64,000 nucleotides of DNA from an uncultured Defluviitaleaceae bacterium. Lineage in GTDB: Bacteria; Bacillota; Clostridia; Lachnospirales; WRBF01. Where the stretch lies: positions 18,213 to 82,212 of the forward strand of contig CAZHPA010000005.1 of the NCBI GenBank assembly GCA_964533945.1, written 5' to 3'. Shown piece by piece: positions 57,714 to 64,000 of the stretch. Each line of letters begins with the position of its first letter. The first letter of the stretch is position 1. The notes beneath the pieces are model-generated. The model was not told the DNA's origin and did not search any database. It was given only the letters and a program-made list of their open reading frames with translations. The translations under genes were made by a program, and so were the position numbers.

Positions 57714-58727
57714 ATGAAAAGCAAGCCATCTAAAGATGAAAGCATTTTCAAAAAGAAAGGTTTTTACTACACTTTGTATGGAAGTTTGGGAATTGTTATG
57801 GTGCTTGGAGCTGTTGTTTCTTTTAATAATTTAAACAAAGTTGACGAGCCTTCCAAAAGAGTTGAATTAAGCCAATTGGAAGCAACAAACAACAGCACAA
57901 CAAAAAGCTATTTAGCACCAGATGACCGAGAAGTTGGATATGAACTTGAACTTTCGGAAAAAAGGATAACAAATCAAAACCAAACTACACCAAAAACAAC
58001 GGAAGCACCAAAGATAACGCCGGAAAAAACTAATCCTGCAACTGAAACTCCATCATCAAAAGAAACGCCGTCGAAAGCAGTTCCAGCGAAAGAGCAGCCG
58101 GCAAAAACAACAACGCCAAATCCGGCAAATTCAACTAAAGAAGCACCAAACAAAGAAGCTGCACCAAAATCAACTCCGGGGGCAACATCTCCTACTTCAA
58201 AGGAAGAAACCCCTAATAACGAAGCCAAACCTGATGCTGCAGATGAAAAGAAAAAGCCAACAGCTGAAGCTGAATTTGAAGAAGAACAGCCAATTTTCAC
58301 TGCATTTGATACAAGCGAAAAAATGGAATGGCCTGTTGTTGGAGAAATTGTTATGGAATTTAGCGACAACCATGCAATATATGATATAACGCTGGATCAA
58401 TACAGAACAAATGACACAATTTGTATTGCAGCAAGCATGGGAACGCAAGTTAAGGCAGCGGCGGAAGGTGTTATCCGTGAAGTTACAAAAACAAGAGAGC
58501 ATGGAAACACAGTAGTTATAGACAATGGAAACGGTTTTACGACTACATACGGTCAATTACAAGACGGTGTGTTAGTTAAGGAAGGCGATGTAGTTGAAAA
58601 AGGACAAGTTATCGGCGGTGTTGGCAGCCCATCAATTTATTCTGTGCTTTTAGGCAATCATTTAAGCTTTAAAGTTGCTCAAGAAGATGAGGTTTTAAAT
58701 CCGTTAACTTTATTAGATACCTATTAA
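57714..58727 (+). CDS. membrane-anchored LytM/M23-domain protein with degenerate catalytic motifs (SpoIIQ-like)
   Basis: ATG 57714 after GGAGGTGG; TM segment; Pro/Thr/Lys-rich linker. In the LytM fold, HxxxD is replaced by NDTIC and HxH by HLS. Confidence 0.7.
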   Translation: MKSKPSKDESIFKKKGFYYTLYGSLGIVMVLGAVVSFNNLNKVDEPSKRVELSQLEATNNSTTKSYLAPDDREVGYELELSEKRITNQNQTTPKTTEAPKITPEKTNPATETPSSKETPSKAVPAKEQPAKTTTPNPANSTKEAPNKEAAPKSTPGATSPTSKEETPNNEAKPDAADEKKKPTAEAEFEEEQPIFTAFDTSEKMEWPVVGEIVMEFSDNHAIYDITLDQYRTNDTICIAASMGTQVKAAAEGVIREVTKTREHGNTVVIDNGNGFTTTYGQLQDGVLVKEGDVVEKGQVIGGVGSPSIYSVLLGNHLSFKVAQEDEVLNPLTLLDTY

Positions 58728-58804
58728 AATCGCTTAACTAAAACTATTTTTTAAGAAGTAAGTATTATAAAAATTTAAAAAATTTTGCAAGGGAGTGTTT
58801 AAAA

Positions 58805-58990
58805 ATGGCAGCTAATCTTAGTCAAATGGAATTAAACTCTATAAGAGAAATTGTTTCATGTCATCAAACTATAGCATCAAAACTTAGCACATACGCTAAT
58901 CAATGCCAAGACCAACACATTAAACAAATGTTTTCTCAAGCAGCTCAAGAAGCTCAAAAAAGCGTACAAAATTTAATACAAATGCTTTAA
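58805..58990 (+). CDS. small CotF-like spore coat protein
   Basis: Helical 61-aa ORF with strong RBS, paired with the next ORF. Confidence 0.5.
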   Translation: MAANLSQMELNSIREIVSCHQTIASKLSTYANQCQDQHIKQMFSQAAQEAQKSVQNLIQML

Positions 58991-59012
58991 TAATTTATAA
59001 GGAGGGTTTAAA

Positions 59013-59288
59013 ATGCAAGAAAAAGATATGGTTTTAGATGTGTTAAGCGGAACAAAAGCAAGCATTGGAATGTATGCTAAAGTTATTACAGAATGCTGTG
59101 ACCAAAATTTAAGAAAAACATTCCAACAAATGCGTGACAACGACGAAAAATTTCAATACGATTTATATAAAAAGGCAGAAGAAAAAGGCTATTATATACC
59201 TTCTCCAACAGCAAGCCAACAAGAATCAAGCACTATAAAATCATCATTAATGCAAAGTGGCGGTAATGCTGCTTCTTCAATGAGATAA
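59013..59288 (+). CDS. spore coat protein, CotF family
   Basis: DMVLDVLSGTKASIGMYAKVITECCDQNLRKTFQQM pattern. Confidence 0.65.
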   Translation: MQEKDMVLDVLSGTKASIGMYAKVITECCDQNLRKTFQQMRDNDEKFQYDLYKKAEEKGYYIPSPTASQQESSTIKSSLMQSGGNAASSMR

Positions 59289-59300
59289 ATGATATAACTA

Positions 59301-59335
59301 AAACCCCACTTCAATAATAAGAAGTGGGGTTTTAT
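59301..59335 (+). terminator. rho-independent terminator
   Basis: 12-bp stem aaaccccacttc/gaagtggggttt. Confidence 0.65.
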
Positions 59336-59443
59336 ATGTTGCAATTTCCAAAATTTAGTGTTAGAATTAAACGTACAATAAATTTAAAAATTTTATAAAC
59401 TTAGAATCTTTGATTCTTATAAATGAAGGGAGAATGCGCTGTT

Positions 59444-60391
59444 ATGGCTTTAGTAACTACAAAAGAAATGTTTAAAAAAGCATTCGAAGGAAAATATGCA
59501 ATCGGTGCTTTTAATGTTAGCAATATGGAACTTATACAAGCTATAGCTTGGGCGGCAAAAGCAAAAAATTCGGCTGTTATTATGCAAGTTTCAAAAAGTG
59601 CGTTAAAATATGCTGGCCCTTTAATGCTTAAAGGAATGGTAAATGCTGCCGCAGAAGAAACAGGAATTGACATTGCACTTCACTTAGACCACGGCCCAGA
59701 CTTTGAAACTTGTAAATTCTGTATTGAAAACGGTTTTACATCAGTTATGTTTGACGGCTCACATTATGATTATGAGGAAAATGTTGCAAAAACTAAAGAA
59801 GTTGTTGAATATGCCCATGCAAGAGGAATTACAGTTGAAGCCGAATTAGGCAAGCTTGCTGGCGTTGAAGATGACGTTAACGTTTCTGCTGCAAATGCAA
59901 CATACACAGACCCAGACCAAGCTGTTGATTTTGTTAGCCGCACAGGTATAGACTCTTTAGCTGTTGCTATTGGAACAAGCCATGGTGCATATAAATTTAA
60001 AGGCGAAGCAAAACTTGACTTTGAAAGACTTGAAACAATAACAAATAAATTAGATGCAGTAGGTATAAAAGATTTTCCAATAGTTCTTCATGGCGCATCA
60101 AGCGTTGACCCATATTATATAGAACTTTGCAACCAATATGGTGGAGCATTAAAAGGCGCAAGCGGTATTCCTATTGAAATGCTTAGAAAAGCAACATCAA
60201 TGGCTGTTTGTAAAATAAATATGGATACAGATTTACGCCTTGCACTAACAGGTGGAATTAGAAAATATATGGCAGACAAACCAGATTCATTTGACCCAAG
60301 AGGCTATTTAGGAGATGCAAGAACATTAATGCAAAAATTAATTGAAGGCAAAATTGCAGATGTATTAGGTTCTGTTGACTCTATGAAATAG
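59444..60391 (+). CDS. fba: class II fructose-1,6-bisphosphate aldolase
   Basis: MALVTTKEMFKKAFEGKYAIGAFNV start, LHLDHG, GTSHGAYKF. Confidence 0.93.
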   Translation: MALVTTKEMFKKAFEGKYAIGAFNVSNMELIQAIAWAAKAKNSAVIMQVSKSALKYAGPLMLKGMVNAAAEETGIDIALHLDHGPDFETCKFCIENGFTSVMFDGSHYDYEENVAKTKEVVEYAHARGITVEAELGKLAGVEDDVNVSAANATYTDPDQAVDFVSRTGIDSLAVAIGTSHGAYKFKGEAKLDFERLETITNKLDAVGIKDFPIVLHGASSVDPYYIELCNQYGGALKGASGIPIEMLRKATSMAVCKINMDTDLRLALTGGIRKYMADKPDSFDPRGYLGDARTLMQKLIEGKIADVLGSVDSMK

Positions 60392-60459
60392 TTAATGTTA
60401 GTATAAAGGCATAGGGAATAAACCCTATGTCTTTTACTTTGCTTAAAGGAGTGCTAATA

Positions 60460-61104
60460 ATGGAATTTACAATTAGACTAGAACAACAAAGCGACTACAG
60501 AGCGGTTGAAAACTTGGCAAGAGAGGCATTTTGGAACATTCATGTACCCGGTTGCGATGAACATCTTTTGGTGCACGAATTAAGAACTAAATCTGCTTTT
60601 ATTCCAGAACTTCATTTTGTTGCTTTAAATATAGAAGACAGCCAAATTATAGGAAATATTATGTATGCTAAAACGATTATTGAAAATAGCAAGGGAGAAC
60701 ATATTGATGTTATAACGTTTGGTCCTTTAAGCGTTTTTCCAAAATTTCAAAACAAAGGAATTGGAGCAGCTTTAATTAACCATTCTGCAAAAGAAGCCGC
60801 CAAACTTGGATATAGAGCAATTTTAATTTATGGAGACCCTTTGTATTATGAACGTTTTGGATTTAAAGGCGGAAAGCATTTTAATATTAGAACAGTAGAT
60901 GGAAAGTTTAAAAATGCGCTTATGGCACTTGAATTATATGAGGGTGCATTAAAAGACGTTTCGGGGCGGTTTATTGAAGGGGAAGCATACCAAATTGATA
61001 AAGAAAAACTTGATGAGTTTGACAAATCTTTTCCTTATAAAGAGAAGCTTGTAATAAAAAGCCAAGAACGCTTTAATGAAATGGTAAATCAGTATGAAGA
61101 TTAA
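60460..61104 (+). CDS. GNAT-family N-acetyltransferase
   Basis: ATG 60460 after AAAGGAG; FQNKGIGAALINH acetyl-CoA motif. Confidence 0.8.
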   Translation: MEFTIRLEQQSDYRAVENLAREAFWNIHVPGCDEHLLVHELRTKSAFIPELHFVALNIEDSQIIGNIMYAKTIIENSKGEHIDVITFGPLSVFPKFQNKGIGAALINHSAKEAAKLGYRAILIYGDPLYYERFGFKGGKHFNIRTVDGKFKNALMALELYEGALKDVSGRFIEGEAYQIDKEKLDEFDKSFPYKEKLVIKSQERFNEMVNQYED

Positions 61105-61207
61105 AGCAAATGTAGTTAGTGCTTTTATTGGCAAAAGTATTGGGGGTTAGTATTCCCCCCTTAAATTCCTTATATTAAATTAAAAATATGTAGTAATAAA
61201 CATCAAA

Positions 61208-61432
61208 CTATCCTAAAGTAGCATTCCAATTAGCTAAATATTGATTTAGCAATACTGAGTCTGCAGAGTCTAAAATTCCGTCTTGATTAGTGTCGGCGGC
61301 TCCAGTATCAATTTGAATTTCCCAATAAGCTAAATATTGTTGGAGTCGCGTAAAGTCCAGCGAGTTTATAATGTTATCTTCAGTAACATCACCAATAGTA
61401 GCAACATTAGCGTCATGAGAAACTATATTTTT
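61208..61432 (-). other. complete dockerin module with no start codon, lying in the -1 frame directly behind ORF 61423-62448
   Basis: My own reverse-complement translation gives KNIVSHDANVATIGDVTEDNIINSLDFTRLQQYLAYWEIQIDTGAADTNQDGILDSADSVLLNQYLANWNATLG*. The frame is bounded upstream by TGA at 61433-61435. Confidence 0.75.
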
Positions 61433-62448
61433 TCAAGTTTGTTTTTTTCCTCATTTATTACTTTATAATTTTGCCCAAGCGCTTCCAAAAATTCTTTATG
61501 CTTTGCTTCAAGCACTTCAATGTTAATATTATCAATGTTAAATTCATTGCTTAAATAATATTCTGAAGCATCACTTAGTTGAAGATTTGGGGGGTCTTTA
61601 TAGTGTTGCAAAAGCCTAGGGTCATCACTGCATATTCTAAAAAAATAGTCATAAGAATTAGATTTTACATACCAATCTTGAATTTTATAGCCATTTTCTG
61701 TAGGTATTAAAACTAATTCGGCTAATTCACCATGACCAGAACCGCGCCCACTTGGGCTGTCGCATTCAAGCTTATATTCAACCCTAGAAGCTACTTCTAG
61801 CAAAATAATTGAACCAACCTTTCTTTCGGATATAAATTCAAGCTCGCATTTGTATTCTGTTACTAACCAGTTTGTTTTTAAAAGATAATGGCGTTGTTCT
61901 AGTTTATTTTTTATAAAGGTTTTTATGTTACCTGAAGTTAAATATTTATTTATGTCGTAGTTTTTAATTAAATAGTAATCTTCATAAAATTCTTCAAGCG
62001 CTTTTGTAACCATTGCAATATAATCGCCTTCAAAATCGTCTGAACCAACTGATTCAATGGCAGTATTAGAATTTTCAACTTCAAGTTCAGTCAAATTGGT
62101 ATTTTGGGATTCAATTTCTAAGTCTTCAGATTTTAAATCTAAGTTCAAGGAGCTGTCACTTTTAATGTCGGGGTCTTCTAAAAGAAAATTGTCTTCTGCT
62201 TTAGAATCTTCAGAAGTTTCTGGATTTTGTGAATCGGGCTGATTATTATTTTCAATTTCAATTTCATCATTTGCCAAATTGTCACCTTCTGAACTATCAA
62301 CAGTTGCCGCTGTGCTTTCATTAGGCGTTGAATTTAATATTTCAATTTCAGATGCGGTTTCAGATGCTGTGTTTTGAATCAAGGCGTTGCCGGAAATTCC
62401 AAAAGGAAGTGCAAAAGCCAATATTATAGAAAGAAGCTTGCTACTCAT
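61423..62448 (-). CDS. secreted acidic protein of unknown function (dockerin-less as written)
   Basis: Signal peptide MSSKLLSIILAFALPFGISG, acidic low-complexity region, ~200-aa C-terminal domain; ends ...KLEKI* inside an A6 run. Confidence 0.7.
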   Translation of the reverse strand: MSSKLLSIILAFALPFGISGNALIQNTASETASEIEILNSTPNESTAATVDSSEGDNLANDEIEIENNNQPDSQNPETSEDSKAEDNFLLEDPDIKSDSSLNLDLKSEDLEIESQNTNLTELEVENSNTAIESVGSDDFEGDYIAMVTKALEEFYEDYYLIKNYDINKYLTSGNIKTFIKNKLEQRHYLLKTNWLVTEYKCELEFISERKVGSIILLEVASRVEYKLECDSPSGRGSGHGELAELVLIPTENGYKIQDWYVKSNSYDYFFRICSDDPRLLQHYKDPPNLQLSDASEYYLSNEFNIDNINIEVLEAKHKEFLEALGQNYKVINEEKNKLEKI

Positions 62449-62730
62449 ATTCTTAATCCCCCTTAATAATTTTTAATTTTCTTTTTAAGTTTCAAAGGCT
62501 AGTTTTCTCACCACCTTATCTTGCAATTAAAACAACTAATAGGAACGAAAAACACAAAATGTAAAGTGATAGGATTATGTCGATGTGTTTTGATTTGAAA
62601 AATTTGGAAAATTTCTTTTAGTATTATTATTGTATAGTACATTTATGTTATGTGTCAAGTACTTTTTTGTAAAAATTTGCAATATAAAAACAAAACTTCC
62701 CTTAACTAAAAATTAAGAGAAGTTTTTATA

Positions 62731-63594
62731 TTAACCTAATTTAACAGCAATAACAGAGCCAACAAAAAGCATAATTGCTCCAATTACTATAGAAGTTGTG
62801 CTAATACCGCTTTGATATGTAATCGGTTCATTGAAAATGCCAAATATAGAGCCGAAAATTAAACCTAAAATTACCGAATATGTTAATGAATATACTTTGT
62901 TAAGCAATGTTGATATTAATTTTGAAACAAGCACTATTCCAAGCAAAGTTCCAATTCCAAGGGGAACTAAAATATATGATATGTTAAGCAAAAGCGAAAA
63001 ATTTGTTGGATTGGCCAAATAATCTTTAATTGCCGATATTGCATGAATAACTGTTGGATATATGCCCAAAAGCACCATAACAAACGAACCACTAACACCC
63101 GGAACAACCATTGAAGCAGAAGCTAGCATACCCCCAAAAAATAAAAACAATGTGCTTGATGCTGAAATTATTATTTCTTGTGACATATCAGCTTCTCTAT
63201 TGCCCAGTAACGACAACATTACAACTGTAATAAAAGAAATTGCAACAGGAAGAACCGTCTGTTTAAAACCAACAGAACCTCCTTGTTTTATGTTTTTAAG
63301 TATTAAAGGAATACTTCCAACAACAAGCCCTACAAAAAACATGCTTGTTTGAAATGAATATTTGTTAAGGCAATATTCAATTAAACTTGAAAATGCAACA
63401 ATTCCACAAACAGCACCTAATGCAATTGGAAAAATAAATTTAAGGTGACGTTTAAAGTCTTTTTTGTAAAAATTATTTATAGCATCAATTAATTGGTCGA
63501 ATATACCCAAAACAACAGCTATTGTGCCGCCACTAACACCGGGTATTACGTTGGCTATTCCAATTAAAATCCCCTTAAAAAAATCAACTACCAT
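62731..63594 (-). CDS. DUF368-family membrane protein (undecaprenyl-phosphate translocase family)
   Basis: GILIGIANVIPGVSGGTIAVVLGIF and a second PGVSGS motif; multi-TM. Confidence 0.8.
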   Translation of the reverse strand: MVVDFFKGILIGIANVIPGVSGGTIAVVLGIFDQLIDAINNFYKKDFKRHLKFIFPIALGAVCGIVAFSSLIEYCLNKYSFQTSMFFVGLVVGSIPLILKNIKQGGSVGFKQTVLPVAISFITVVMLSLLGNREADMSQEIIISASSTLFLFFGGMLASASMVVPGVSGSFVMVLLGIYPTVIHAISAIKDYLANPTNFSLLLNISYILVPLGIGTLLGIVLVSKLISTLLNKVYSLTYSVILGLIFGSIFGIFNEPITYQSGISTTSIVIGAIMLFVGSVIAVKLG

Positions 63595-63857
63595 TTTTAC
63601 TTCCCCTTCTTACAAATATTAAAAATCATTATAACAGATTTGTCTTTTTATTCAACCTCTGATTCTAAATTATTCATAAGCAATAAAATTTATACTTGAT
63701 GTAACTTAACTATTCATAGCGGACGAACGTTTTTTTGTTCGTTCGGTGACATATTTAAACTTAAAACTATACATTGACTTTTTTGCAATTAAAAACAACC
63801 TTGATAAAATGGCAAGGTTGTTTGAGTGTATTTTAGGCAAGCCTGATTATACACATT

Positions 63858-64000
63858 CTAATGTCTCATGGCATACATAGCAGCTTCGACACCGATAAAC
63901 GTTGCTGCTGATGTTTTGGCCGTATTATTTTCAAATAATTGTTTTTTGGGTTCTTTCTCCATTTTTTCTTTTAGTCTTATGCCTTCAAGGTGACAAGAAT
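63858..64000 (-). CDS. 3-prime end of an unidentified gene truncated by the window edge
   Basis: The reverse-strand frame reads ...HLEGIRLKEKMEKEPKKQLFENNTAKTSAATFIGVEAAMYAMRH* with the stop at 63858-63860. Confidence 0.3.
   Translation of the reverse strand, partial: SCHLEGIRLKEKMEKEPKKQLFENNTAKTSAATFIGVEAAMYAMRH

Noticed and set aside
63721-63755. Hairpin cggacgaac-gttttttt-gttcgttcg, superficially similar to the repeat-array hairpins
   Set aside because: The stem sequence and the loop differ from the 39.8-kb units, and the flanking boxes are absent. It is probably a local terminator for the truncated upstream minus-strand gene.

Overview
Low-GC Firmicutes (Clostridia-type, spore-former) chromosomal window. 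All calls come from reading the ORF track and the DNA by eye; no database search was run.

Layout:
1. 0.3-8.6 kb: a cohesin/dockerin/SLH cell-surface display locus. It holds a small dockerin protein, a 1905-aa scaffoldin-like protein with 3 cohesins and SLH repeats, and a second cohesin-SLH anchor.
2. 8.8-9.8 kb: an XRE regulator and a tRNA-Leu(AAG)/Gly(GCC)/Gln(TTG) cluster.
3. 9.8-31.7 kb: a housekeeping block with yqeG, aroE-comFB-aroK-aroQ, efp, tig-clpP-clpX, trpB2-larE-tcdA, a TPR protein, topB, a Cache-GGDEF(degenerate)-EAL protein, a PucR regulator, an EF-G paralog, nagB and tRNA-Arg(ACG).
4. 32-35.1 kb: a DUF4091-type glycoside-hydrolase-like protein carrying both a cohesin and a dockerin.
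5. 35.2-39.8 kb: a MurNAc utilisation cluster (murP-murQ-murR, divergent mupG).
6. 39.8-40.05 kb: a 70-72-bp tandem hairpin repeat array.
7. 40.26-55.55 kb: a 15.3-kb single-strand siphovirus-like cluster running from a RinA-type activator through terminase, portal, capsid, tail, endolysin and holin. It has no integrase, repressor or replication genes and sits between core cell-wall genes.
8. 55.7-64 kb: murA, a SpoIIQ-like degenerate LytM protein, CotF-like proteins, fba, a GNAT, a secreted protein whose dockerin is out of frame behind an A6 run, and a DUF368 membrane protein.

The most interesting candidates:
- the late-gene-only phage-like cluster, which may be a gene-transfer-agent-like or domesticated particle locus;
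- its unusual upstream repeat and leader region;
- a non-cellulolytic cohesin-dockerin network spread over the window.
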